A stretch of DNA of 64,000 bases from positions 96,001 to 160,000 of the forward strand of contig CAVOID010000004.1 in the NCBI GenBank assembly GCA_963695875.1. The letters run 5' to 3'. The notes under the pieces were generated by a model. It did not search any database, was not told where the DNA came from, and saw nothing but the letters and a program-made list of their open reading frames with translations. Below, one piece after another: positions 42,337 through 53,414 of the stretch (position 1 is the first letter of the stretch; each line of letters starts with the position of its first letter). A program made the translations under genes and the position numbers. The stretch comes from an uncultured delta proteobacterium (GTDB taxonomy: Bacteria; Desulfobacterota; Syntrophia; Syntrophales; UBA2185).

Positions 42337-44030
42337 ATGCCCGATACTCCCAATACCGTGATCGGCCACGTCGTCGATGTCCAAGGAAACCTCCTCATGG
42401 CGACCTTGGTCGAGGACGAACAGGGACATGCGCCGACCGTTACCATCGGCGATGAGGATGTGTTGGTCGGGCAGCTTGGCTCGTACGTCGCGGTCAAGCA
42501 GAACGATGTTCACCTCATCGCCATCGTGACTCGCATGACCGAACAGGAAGCGCTCGCCGCGCCGACCATCGAGACGCCTGGCGACGATGCCGCGAGATTG
42601 CCCTTCGCCAAGCGAATCGCCCGACTCACGCCCGTCGGCTCGATTCTCGCGGACGGCCAGTTCGAGCGCGGCGTTGCGCGGTACCCGACCACGGGGGCGG
42701 AGGTCCACGCGATTGGCTCAACCGACGTCGCCAAGATGTTCGACCGCTTCCAGTCGAAGGGCCTTGCGGTCGGCACGCTCGCATCGCACCCCTCGCTCAA
42801 GGTCTGTCTGGACCCCACAAACCTGTTCGGGCGGCACTCTGCCATCTTGGGGCAGACCGGGTCGGGAAAGTCATGGACGGTGGCTTCCCTTGTGCAGAAG
42901 ACGGTCGCGGTGATGCCCAGGGCCCACATCATCATCCTCGACTTGCACGGCGAGTATTGCTGGAAGCGACCCGACGGGACGCACTCCTACGCGTTTGCTG
43001 ACGCCATCGTCCGGCACGTCGATGCGCGCGAGCTGGAGATGCCTTACTGGTTGATGACCTACGCGGAACTCTGCGACCTTCTCATCGAGCACAGCGAGAG
43101 GGAGGCCACAAACCAGACTGCGTTCTTTCGTGACTGCTTACTGGAGGGACGGCAGCAAGAGAACACCACCGCCACTCCCGCACTTGGCTTGGCAAGAGTC
43201 ACCGTGGACACGCCGATCTACTTCTCTCTTGATGACATCTTGACCAAGGTGCGCGCAAAGAACGTGGAGCGGGTCGGCAACAGGCAGGGGCCCATGTTTG
43301 GTGACTTCGATCGCTTTCTGATGCGGATCGAGAGCAAGCTCAACGACGTCGCGATACGACTTCTTGCTCAAACCCAAGAGCCGCAACACATCGGCTTCGC
43401 TGTCGGACCTGCTCCGAGACTTCGTCGGGCTTGGCACCAAGAAGGTCGCGGTCACGGTCATCGACCTCAGTTCAGTGCCGTTCGACGTGCGGCCCACGGT
43501 CGCGGCGCAGATCGGCCGCTTGGCGTTCGAGTTCAACTACTGGAACCCGCAGTACCGCGAGTTCCCGATTCTACTCATGTGCGAGGAGGCGCACGCGTAC
43601 ATCCCCCGCGCCGCCGAGAGTCAGTTCGCTGGCTCGCGGAAGTCGATGGAACGGATCGCCAAGGAGGGCCGGAAGTACGGCGTCGGGCTTGCCGTCGTCA
43701 GTCAGCGGCCCCACGAAGTCTCCGAGACGGTGCTTGCCCAGTGTGGAACGTTCATCTGTCTGCGGATCACCAACCCCGACGACCAAGGCTACGTCCGGAG
43801 CCTCGTGCCCGAGAGCGAGGGCGACTTGGTCAGCGTTCTGGCGGGCTTGGGCCGGGGTGAGGCGCTTGTTCTTGGGGAGGCCGTCCCGCTGCCGACTCGG
43901 GTTCAGTTCGATAAGCCGAGTCCCGGCACCCAACAGCGACGACGTGGATTTCTACGCGAAGTGGAAGGACGGACCGACGGACTTGGACGTGGATGAGATC
44001 GTCAAGCGCTGGCGCAGTCAGGAACGGTAA
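42337..44030 (+). CDS. herA: HerA-family ATPase/helicase (frameshifted)
   Basis: N-terminal HAS-barrel-like region; RHSAILGQTGSGKS; ILDLHGEY; CEEAHAY; IAKEGRKYG; VSQRP. Confidence 0.88.
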
Positions 44031-44074
44031 TTGTTGGAATAACATTTTAATAAATAACTCAGGTGAATAAAGAA

Positions 44075-44843
44075 TAAAGGGGACGGTTCTCTTTAGTTGA
44101 CAAAGGTGGTAATGCGATGGTACATTTAAAACATGCCGAGGACAGCAAGAGTAGCTCCCAAGGAGCATGTCTATCATGTACTGACACGAGGGAACAACCG
44201 TCAGGATGTATTTGAGGACGAGGATGATTTCAGAAAATATCTGGACCTGCTCTTTCGCTACAAAGAGAAATACCATTTTAAGCTGTATCACTACGTTATG
44301 ATGACCAACCATGTGCATCTGGTCATTGAGCCTTCAGAAGGAGGTGGCGGTTTATCCGAAATAATGAAAGGGATTAACCTGGCCTATGCCCGGCATTATA
44401 AGCGCAAATATAGTCATACGGGACATTTCTGGCAGGACAGATACAAGAGCATTATCATTTCAAAGGACGAGTATCTGCTTGCCTGCGGCAGCTATGTGGA
44501 ATTGAATCCTGTACGGGCAAAGATGGTGGAAGACCCGAAGGATTATACATGGAGCAGCTATCGGGCGTATGCTTACGGAAAGAGGGATGTCCTTTTAGAT
44601 GAGCATCCTGTTTACCTTCAGTTGTCTGAGGAGGAAGGAGAGCGGCGGAAAAAATATCGGGAGTTTGTACGAGGAATGCTCAAAGAGAAAGAGGCGATGA
44701 AGGGGGAAATGGACAGGCGGATAGTGTATGGCGGTGAGGATTTCGTGAAAGATATGACGACGACCTATAATATTTCTGAAAAGATAAAGCGGATGGGGCG
44801 ACAAAGAGGATGGAGGAAAAATAAAGAGAACCGTCCCCTTTAA
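44075..44843 (+). mobile_element. RAYT/Y1 transposase locus with perfect 21-bp inverted repeats
   Basis: TAAAGGGGACGGTTCTCTTTA (44075-44095) and its exact reverse complement TAAAGAGAACCGTCCCCTTTA (44822-44842). Confidence 0.8.
44133..44843 (+). CDS. REP-associated tyrosine (HUH, Y1) transposase
   Basis: MPRTAR...YHVLTRGNNRQDVF, MTNHVHL (HUH), GHFWQDRY, YVELNPVRA, YTWSSY. Confidence 0.9.
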   Translation: MPRTARVAPKEHVYHVLTRGNNRQDVFEDEDDFRKYLDLLFRYKEKYHFKLYHYVMMTNHVHLVIEPSEGGGGLSEIMKGINLAYARHYKRKYSHTGHFWQDRYKSIIISKDEYLLACGSYVELNPVRAKMVEDPKDYTWSSYRAYAYGKRDVLLDEHPVYLQLSEEEGERRKKYREFVRGMLKEKEAMKGEMDRRIVYGGEDFVKDMTTTYNISEKIKRMGRQRGWRKNKENRPL

Positions 44844-44849
44844 CTAACG

Positions 44850-45215
44850 TCAATACCATGTTTCGACCGGCAATGCGGTGCTGTCAACCATGGCTGGAGC
44901 CCGCAACTTTGTGATCTGGTAGTCCTCATTCAGAAGGATTGTCATCCCGACTTTTTCGGATGCTTACAACTTTACCGGTAACATTTATAAGAATTGTTTT
45001 GCCGGTATTGCTCAAATTCCCCGGCTTTGTAAAATCCAGAATGAGTTCTAATCTTACCATCACATCATTTGGAAGAGGTTCCGCTGTACGAGAAGAATAC
45101 TTCTTTTGCAGAAACACTTGTAGTTTGAAGAAAAATACTTTCTACTTCCGGTGATGAGATAATTTCAATCCTGGCCGGAACACTAATATCATACTTTTCA
45201 AATTCCCTTGTCAAA
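44850..45215 (-). pseudogene. Degraded or frameshifted PilZ-domain protein
   Basis: Fragments EKYDISVPARIEI, EPLPNDVMVRLELIL, INVTGKVV and GMTILLNEDYQI lie in different frames; boundaries approximate. Confidence 0.45.
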
Positions 45216-45673
45216 TTCGCACCTGCCTTTCTTCTAACTAAAAACGATGTCTTGATGTGAAGTCATTTCAAGTTACTGACAACCTAATTATAAACAATTT
45301 AAACACAATGCACATTTAGGGAAATGAATTTCAGTTAAAAACACGCAAAATACATGCCACCAATCTTATAATATAATTATGAATTAATTCAAATAGATAT
45401 CTTGGTTGGATATGGAAGCTGGAAAAGAAAACTCATTTTTTGACAGGGAATAGTAAAAAAATTGCCGCATCGCATCTATCCATGAGGTAATTCGGGGACA
45501 TTATATTTAAGTCAGAAATCTGCCTTTGAGGTGGACACGGCATACAATATAAGTTGTTAAAACTGATGATCAGCGCAGTTCATTGAATCCGGCAGCGAGC
45601 GCATTCACCGTCGCTTGCTGACGGGTAAGCGAGCGAATGTGGGAACATTATTATTCCTGTAGATCGAGAATAA

Positions 45674-46838
45674 TCATCCCTTCTTGTAAAGTGGAGACAT
45701 ATTTCTCAAGAAGGCCACGCTTTTCCTGAGGGCCTCGAATGCCTTGTCGATATCTTCCACCGTAATGTCAATGCCATAGGAAAATACAAGGGTCCCCTGG
45801 GCTGTGGCGTGGTCGGTACCGGTTGCGATTAAGACATGGGATGTCCTGAGAGAGCCCGATGCACATGCGGAACGGGTGGATATGCTTATTCCTTCCTGGT
45901 CAAGCATCATCATCATAGACTCACCTTCGATGTACTCCACGGAGAAGGACACGAGACCCGGCAAACTCTTTTCAGGGTGCCCGTTGACAACTATCTTATC
46001 AATGGTACCCAAACGGTCCATGACTGCCTTCTTCAATTTCAACAGGTGCTCTGTCCGCTGGGGCATTTCAACGCGGGCAAGTTCCGCCGCTTTGCCCATC
46101 CCGACGACACCAAGCATATTAGGGGTTCCCGCCCTCCGGTTATTCTCCTGCACACCGCCATCGATAAATGGCAGTATCCCTGTTTTCTCTCTTATATAGA
46201 GGGCCCCGATACCCGGGGGTCCGTAGAACTGGTTTGCGGCGATGCTCATCAGGTCAACACCCATCTCGTTAACGTCTACGGGTATGTTGCCACATGACAC
46301 CACTGCATCTGTGTGAAAGGGCACTTGCTTTGGCCTTCGCGATCCTCCCTATTTCGGCGATAGGCTCAATCGTACCGATCTCATTGTTGGCGTGCATTAT
46401 TGAAATAAGGATCGTGTCTTCTCTGATCGCTTGCTCCACATCTGCTGGGTTGACCACGCCATACTTGTCTACGGAGACTGAAGTCACGTTGTAACCCATC
46501 TGGGAGAGCATCCGGAGAGGTCTTGCAACTGACTGATGTTCAATATTCGACGTGATGATGTGCTTCCCCTTCTTGGCCTTTGCAAAGGCCACACCTTTTA
46601 TGGCGTGGTTATTTGCTTCTGTTCCGCATGAAGTGAACACGATCTCCTGCGGATCTGCATTGATGAGTTGGGCGACCTTGGCGCGTGCGTCTTCTAGGAT
46701 CTCCATGGCCGCATCTCCGATGCTGTGCTGGCTCACGGGGTTCCCAAAACCGTCCTTCTGTATGTAATCGATGATAGCCTCTTTTACCTTGGGATGGAGC
46801 GGATTACCGGAAATATGGTCTAAATAGATTATCTTCAT
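45674..46838 (-). CDS. IscS/NifS-like protein with altered PLP site (one frameshift near 46320)
   Basis: FTSCGTEANN, IEH, MHANNEIGTIEP, HTDA, RAGT, STRSACASG; canonical HK replaced by NQ (SIAANQFYGPPG). Confidence 0.85.
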
Positions 46839-47386
46839 TCTTTCTCTGCTCCTTTCACGATAGTGAAATCAGAATGCTGCAACGTGGGTTTTCCACAATG
46901 CGTGCAGAGTGGAGCAGGCTCCGGTAATCCCTTATCGCAGTAAGGGCAGTAACATTTTCCTTCCCTTTCACCGATGTGCTCTACTTTTTCGCCTTCTTTT
47001 GTCTCCCTGACTTTGCCATCTTTGTGCTCATAGTAATCCATGATGGCTCTATGCAAAGCATCCGCCCCCAGATTTGAACAGTGGAGTTTGTTCTTTGGAA
47101 GGCCGCCAAGGTTTTCTGCAACAGACTCTTTGGTAATCTTCATCGCTTCTTCCAAAGTTTTTCCTTTTGCCATTTCAGTTATCATGCTTGAGACAGCAAT
47201 AGCCGCCCCACAGCCGAATGTGTTGAATTTTATGTCATCAATGCGGTCATCCTTGACTTTAATAGTAATCGTCATCATATCGCCGCATATCGGGTTCCCC
47301 ACTTCACCCGTGCCATCGGGGTTTTCAATCTTGCCAACATTCCGAGGCTTCTTAAAATGGTCCATTACCACTTCCGAATATTGCAT
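46835..47386 (-). CDS. iscU: IscU/NifU-N Fe-S scaffold with C-terminal CxxC...CxxC extension
   Basis: YSEVVMDHF..PRNVG, GNPICGD, FGCGAAIA, KLHCSNL; tail CPYC...CTHC. Confidence 0.9.
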   Translation of the reverse strand: MQYSEVVMDHFKKPRNVGKIENPDGTGEVGNPICGDMMTITIKVKDDRIDDIKFNTFGCGAAIAVSSMITEMAKGKTLEEAMKITKESVAENLGGLPKNKLHCSNLGADALHRAIMDYYEHKDGKVRETKEGEKVEHIGEREGKCYCPYCDKGLPEPAPLCTHCGKPTLQHSDFTIVKGAEKE

Positions 47387-47657
47387 GACTACCTCCTTTG
47401 ACTGCTATGGTGCTTCTTGTAATGTTGTTTTTGGAATTTCCCTCCGGAATCCAATATTTCAAACTAAGATCAATGATATCGGGGGTAACTTTCTCCCTGA
47501 GTGAATTAATCGTGTTCCGCATGTCGTGACCATCATCCCTTTCATAACCCCCATCCCTGTGATGTTCTCCACCTCTTCCACCCCTGCCTATACAACATCC
47601 TCCGATAGATACAAGCATCATCACTAAAATCATTGCCAACATAATGATTCTCTTCAT
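47352..47657 (-). CDS. Small Gly-rich putative lipoprotein (3' end uncertain)
   Basis: MKRIIMLAMILVMMLVSIGGC signal/lipobox after a GGAGGGG RBS; real stop probably near 47505. Confidence 0.4.
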   Translation of the reverse strand: MKRIIMLAMILVMMLVSIGGCCIGRGGRGGEHHRDGGYERDDGHDMRNTINSLREKVTPDIIDLSLKYWIPEGNSKNNITRSTIAVKGGSHAIFGSGNGPF

Positions 47658-47900
47658 CGCCCCCTCCTTTGATGAGGATTTGTTTTTTTGTTCATCCGAC
47701 AATGAAACGGTATCAAGATGCTCAAAAAAGTTTGCTTGCACCTTGGTCGGCTACAAATCAGGAATCCTTGCCTGTTATGATTACAGCATCTCATCGGTAG
47801 ATTTCATATTGTTGTTAATATTCATAAAAAGTGCCATAGGGGAAATTATGATTTTTTGCTTCGAAATACCTGATGTGACGTAAGATGGGTGTGAAAGAGC

Positions 47901-47961
47901 GTCATTTCGAACAAAGCGCGAAATCTTAAGATTCCTCGTCGCTTCCCTCCTCGGAATTACA
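47901..47961. repeat. REPIN/MITE-like element, degenerate copy C
   Basis: GTCATTTCGA...GAAATC...GATTCCTC...CTCGGAATTACA; same architecture as copies A and B. Confidence 0.55.
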
Positions 47962-48008
47962 AATCTAAAGGAGGAAGGTACACTTGTAGCTTCCTGTGTG
48001 GAAAAGAG

Positions 48009-48818
48009 TTAGGAACGACTGATTCGTTCCGGATGAGTGTAGATAGTTGCACCGCCATTTCGCACAGAAGCGCAAAGCGTTATGCCACAGTGCAACGCGG
48101 CGTCCAAGGCAAGTGAAGTGGGAGCGGACACCGCCAGTATGATCTCGATCCCCGCCAGACTGCATTTAGACACCATCTCGAAGCTTACCCGCCCGGAGAG
48201 CACCGCGCCGTACCCTTTGGTCGTTTTTTCCGCAAGCAGAATTTTCCCGATGGCCTTGTCCAGGGCATTGTGCCGGCCAATATCCTCGGCAAACGAAACC
48301 GCCTCCCCCCTGCCGTCGAAGATGAGAATCGCGTGGGTGCCCCTCGTTTTTTTAAACACATCCTGTTTATCGGTCAGTAAGGCCATTGCCCGGTTCATTA
48401 GTTCGGTATTGATGCGGAGCGTGTTGCCTACCATAGGAAGGGTGGCGATCTTCTCTTGCATGTCCGTGCTCCCGCACATGCCGCAGGAGGAGACGACCAT
48501 CAAGTTGCGGCCCGGCGTATCGGTATTTTTTTGCGGCGGATTACTCAGCCGGACACGCATCATCTCAGGGAAGTCTATGCAATCGGTCAGCATGGCGATA
48601 TCGGCTATTCCCTGGATGATTCCTTCGGAGAACATGAATCCCACGGCCATGGCGCGCCTGTCGCCGGGGCTGCACAAGATCGTGTATGAATCAATGCCTT
48701 CGATATCGATTGTCAGCGGCGCCTCGACAGCTACATCCGCGGCCTCTTCGATCCATTTGTCATCCGGGCCGGACGCGCGTAAACGGGTTACGGAAAATTG
48801 TTTCGATGATATAGTCAT
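48009..48818 (-). CDS. fdhD: Formate dehydrogenase accessory sulfurtransferase FdhD
   Basis: VEAPL, GFMFSEG, SSCGMCG, EDIGRHNALDKAIG, SGRVSFEM, VSAPTSLA. Confidence 0.92.
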   Translation of the reverse strand: MTISSKQFSVTRLRASGPDDKWIEEAADVAVEAPLTIDIEGIDSYTILCSPGDRRAMAVGFMFSEGIIQGIADIAMLTDCIDFPEMMRVRLSNPPQKNTDTPGRNLMVVSSCGMCGSTDMQEKIATLPMVGNTLRINTELMNRAMALLTDKQDVFKKTRGTHAILIFDGRGEAVSFAEDIGRHNALDKAIGKILLAEKTTKGYGAVLSGRVSFEMVSKCSLAGIEIILAVSAPTSLALDAALHCGITLCASVRNGGATIYTHPERISRS

Positions 48819-48865
48819 TTCGAATAATAAAAAAAATTATAAATTCAAATCTCTTTTTTTCTTTA

Positions 48866-49663
48866 TCATATCTTTTGTTTGATGACAACATGTACCGGTG
48901 AACGGTATCCCGTCCGAAGCTCAGCCTGGGCGCTCCCGCCGTTCATCGCAATCTCTACGAACCCGTGGCTTCCTTCCAGGGCCAGGAGGCTTCCCAAACG
49001 GGTATCGCCGTATGTTTTGCATCCGGGAACGCCTTTGCCCCCGGCGGTTAATGACCACTGACGGTCTCTTACAGAAGCGCCGGGGATATTCGTGACCAAA
49101 GTGCCGAAATGGTCGATGTACTGAATATATCCTGTTATCCCGGCATCTGTTTTGATGCATGCCGGAAGATCCATGCGAATCAATGTTGCGGGATCTATCT
49201 CCATTCCTAATTTTAACAGAGGGGTTCCTGTCGCCAGGTGCGCGCCCACGGAGGCAAAAATATCCCTGCCGTGAAAGGTTGTGCTCGATTCCGGTTTGAG
49301 CCAGTATTCGGGATTGGTCAATTCCACCGCTGCGGTAATCTTTTCATGATCGAGGACGCCTGTGAAAATACCATTGTCCGGTCCCACGAGAAAGCCCGTG
49401 GCCAGTTCAACCGCGACGGCCCTCCTTTGCGTGCCTACTCCCGGGTCAACGACCGCCACGTGGACGGTTCCGGAAGGAAAATAGGGGTAAGCCGTCATGA
49501 GGCAGAAATTGGCGGCATCGAGATTTTGGGGCGGAATTTCATGCGTGATGTCGATGATATTCAAATGAAGGTTGATGCAGGCAATTACACCCTTCATTAT
49601 ACCCACGTAATTGTCCTGCAAACCGAAATCCGTCAGCAGTGTGAGAAATCTATCGCTGGACAT
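48866..49663 (-). CDS. SAM hydrolase / SAM-dependent halogenase family (DUF62)
   Basis: LLTDFG, DITH, VVDPGVGT, GPDNG, TFHGRDIF, IDHFG. Confidence 0.9.
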   Translation of the reverse strand: MSSDRFLTLLTDFGLQDNYVGIMKGVIACINLHLNIIDITHEIPPQNLDAANFCLMTAYPYFPSGTVHVAVVDPGVGTQRRAVAVELATGFLVGPDNGIFTGVLDHEKITAAVELTNPEYWLKPESSTTFHGRDIFASVGAHLATGTPLLKLGMEIDPATLIRMDLPACIKTDAGITGYIQYIDHFGTLVTNIPGASVRDRQWSLTAGGKGVPGCKTYGDTRLGSLLALEGSHGFVEIAMNGGSAQAELRTGYRSPVHVVIKQKI

Positions 49664-49851
49664 AATTTTTTTTCTTCCTCTATTGTGTTCTTGGTTGCAT
49701 TTTAAGACCATATTTCTATTTTGCAATACTTTATTTCCTCAGTTCCTATAAGTCCGTCTTTACAAAAGAGGTATGCAGGGAGGGGCTGTTTTTGGCGGGA
49801 AAATATGTGAGTGATATGTTATAAGTCACCCAATCACAGGATCCGGGAGGA

Positions 49852-50974
49852 ATGTATCATATGAAAAATCTGTTGGAAGGTGTGGAAGAAATACTGCTCA
49901 TGGGACCGGGACCCTCCTGCGTCCCTCCGGAAGTGTATAAAGCCTTAAGTCGCAAGACTATCGGGCATCTTGATCCCTATTTCCTTGAGATTATGGAAGA
50001 TTTGAAAGGGATGCTCCGGAAAATTCTGAACACCGGCAATGCCATTACCATTCCCATATCGGGCACCGGCTCGGCGGGTATGGAGGCCTGCTTCGTAAAC
50101 CTTGTGGAGCCGGGAGACAGGGTGCTGATTCTTATCAACGGCGTCTTTGGTCAGAGAATGCGGGAAGTGGCCACGCGGTTGGGTGCAACCGTGGATTCCC
50201 TGGAATTTACCTGGGGAACGCCTGTTGTCCTGGAAGAGGTGGAAAAGAAGCTACGTGAAACGTCGTATCGGATTGTGGCCGTGGTACATGCCGAGACGTC
50301 CACGGGAGTGCGGAATCCGGTGGCCGAGATAGGCAAGCTGATGAAGGGAAAGGATGCGATCTATCTGGTGGATACCGTGACCAGCCTTGGCGGGACGGAA
50401 GTCCGCATGGATGACTGGAACATCGACGCCCTTTACAGCGGCACGCAGAAGTGCCTTTCCTGCCCTCCGGGGCTGGCGCCGCTTTCCTTCTCGGAAAAAG
50501 CGATGGCCAAGCTCAAAGGCCGAAAGACAAAGGTCCCCAACTGGTATCTCGATCTTACGTTGATCTGCGAGTACTGGGGGAAAAACCGGGTCTATCACCA
50601 CACCGCCCCGGTCAACATGCTCTACGGCCTTTACCAGGCATTGTATCTCATCCTGCAGGAAGGATCGGACAAAGTCTTTGCCCGTCACCGGGAGAGCCAT
50701 GAGGCGCTCGTGAAAGGTCTGGAAGGGATGGGGCTGAAGATGCTGGTGGAGAAGCCAGTACCGCCTGCCCATGCTGAATACGGTGTACAGTCCGGAAGGA
50801 GTTGATGAATTGTCCGTCCGGAAGCGGCTGCGCAGTGAGTTCAAGATCGAGATCGGCGGTGGGCTCGGTCCTCTCGCCGGGAAAATCTGGCGCATCGGCT
50901 TGATGGGCCATACGGCCAGGAAGAAGAATGTAACCCGATTCCTCAAGGCGCTGAAGACAACGCTTGGCAAATAA
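49852..50974 (+). CDS. Alanine-glyoxylate/serine-pyruvate aminotransferase (class V; frameshift near 50760)
   Basis: [40 protein letters not shown] (PLP Lys), YHHTAP, WRIGLMG. Confidence 0.9.
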
Positions 50975-51089
50975 TGTAGTGACTTGATCCGGATCACTAG
51001 CCACCCCCTGCATTCCCCCGCCAGCGGGGGACATGAACAAAGGAATCTGAAACGTCTAAACTTCAGATTTCCTTTTCCAGATAGTCTGA

Positions 51090-53230
51090 CTATACGCGGG
51101 GTTTAATCCTGCCTGCCATCCTGGCCCAGCGGTAAAGGGCGGCGAGCACAACCACGGCCTTTTCTGAAGAGTAGGGAAAGGCGGGAATGCCATGTTCTTC
51201 CAGGACCGTGGCGGCACGCTCCACCTCGACATCACCGGAGAGCGCAGCGACAATCGGTTTCGGCGCTTTCACGGCTTCAGCCGCCTTTTTTGCTTTGATG
51301 ACGGTTTCGGCAAAGACCATGGGCGGCGTGACCAGGGTATGCCAGTAGCCGAGGATCAGGGCGTCCACGCGGTCGTCCTCAAGGGCCAACCGGATCGTGG
51401 CTTCATAGGTTTCCGGCGGTTCGCCTCCTGTAATATCCACCGGATTTCCCGTAGCGCCGAAAGGCGGAATGAATTTTTTGAAGGCCTCGTCCAGGTCTTT
51501 CTCCAGCGTCATGAGCTGTAGCTGATGCCTGCTGCACGCGTCCGCCAGGAGGACGCCCAGCCCTCCGGCGCCGGTGACGATCAGTACGTTCTCCCCTTTC
51601 GGGACCGGCATCTTGCTGATGCTTCTCGCGCAATCCAGAAGTTCTTCCAGGTTGGAAACCCTGACGATGCCTGCCCTGGCAAAGGCAGCGCTGTAAATCC
51701 TGTCGTCTCCGGCGAGCGCTCCCGTATGGGAAAAGGCCGCTCTTTCTCCCAGAGGCGGTTGCGCCGGCCTTGAGCGCAACGATGGGCTTCTGCCGTGCTT
51801 ATCTTCTGTGCCGCCTTGACGAAGGCGACGCCGTCCTTGATGTCTTCCACGTGCATGGCGATCACCTTTGTGTTCGGGTCCTGTCCGAAGAACTCGATCA
51901 GGTCATCCTCGTCCACGTCGCACTTGTTGCCCACGCCGACGATTGCAGACACGCCCATTTTGTGAGAGCGGCTGTAGCCGATGATGGCCATACCCACGCC
52001 GCCGCTCTGGCAGGAGAGTGCTGTAGGTCCTTTCTCTGTGTAAGGTGTGCAGAAGGTCGCGCAGAGATCCGCCGGTGTGTAATATATCCCGAAGATGTTC
52101 GGTCCGAGGATACGAACCTTGCTTTCGATGGCCTTCGCGACAAGTTCCCTCTGGAGCTCGTTGTTGCCGATCTCGGCAAATCCGGATGAGATCACGATGG
52201 CCCCGGCGACTCCTTTTTCTCCGAGAACTTTTATGGCTTCGGCCACGTTCTTCGCCGGGATCACGATGACTGCCACATCCACCTGACCCGGGATGTCGGT
52301 GACGCTTTTGTAGCATTTAAGCCCCAGTATTTCGTCTGCCTTGGGATTGATGGGATAAATCTTGCCTTTGTAGCCGCCGTCGATGATGTTCTTTACCGTC
52401 GAGTATCCCAGTTTTGAAGGATCACCGGACGCCCCGATGATGGCAATGCCCGCCGGTGAAAAGATCCTCTTCATGCCGGCGACGATTTCCTCCGAAGTGT
52501 AGACTGTCTCGGCGATTCTTTTTGGTTCGCCGAGGGCCATCCGGGCATCCACAACGATGGCGCCGGACGCGGAGGCAATCACGGGATTCAGATCGACTTC
52601 CAGGATCTCCGGATGATCCGCTAAAAGAGTCGAGAGCTTCTGCAATAATATCCGCTACGGCGTTCACATCAACCGCCGGCTTTCCGCGGAAATTACCAAG
52701 GATTTTTGTTCCTTTGATTTCCTGCATCATGTCGAGGGCATCTTTCTTTGTGAGAGGGACCAATCTGAAAACCACATCGCCAGCGACCTCGACAAAAACC
52801 CCCCCCAGGCCGAACATCACGGCATGCCCGAACTGGCGGCTGAAGGAGGCGCCGATGACCAGCTCCACTCCTTCCGGCACCATCTGATCAACAGGACGCC
52901 CTGGTACGATCTGCATCCGGTTTGTGTAGTCTTTACGTTCTCCATGATTTCGGTGAATGCCGTCCGCACAGCCTCCGGGGAATCTAGATTCACCCTGATC
53001 CCGCCCACGTCGGACTTGTGGGAGATATCCGGGGAAACGATCTTCATCACGACAGGGTATCCCGACCAATTCGCTACCGTAACCGCCGTATCCGGATCAG
53101 TTGCCACATATGCCCGGTCCTGATCGGGTATATCGTAAGCCTTCAGCACTTCCTTGCTTTCCACCTCTGTGAGTACTGTTCTTCCCTGTTTTTTGACCTC
53201 TGTGAGAAGTTTCGTCACCGCGTTTTTCAT
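51090..53230 (-). CDS. ADP-forming acyl-CoA synthetase, beta(ATP-grasp)-alpha fusion (frameshifted)
   Basis: N-terminal LTEVESKEVL, SHKSDVGG, FGLGGVFVE, EVDLNP; then IIGAS...IYPINP, SSGFAE, LGPN, SHTGALAG, GNPVDITG. Confidence 0.85.
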
Positions 53231-53414
53231 CGGTTCCTCCTTTCGCTGCATTTCGAGGTAAATATGCCCGGCATTGCTGTGAACCGGCCATTCACGGACG
53301 ACTACAGGAAAAGTCAACACGATAAGATTTACAAAATAGAGTGATTTGTCGGTTATGGGAACTGCATGTTCATATCGGAGAAGCATACATGCCGGGTGCC
53401 GCTGTGACTGCCAA

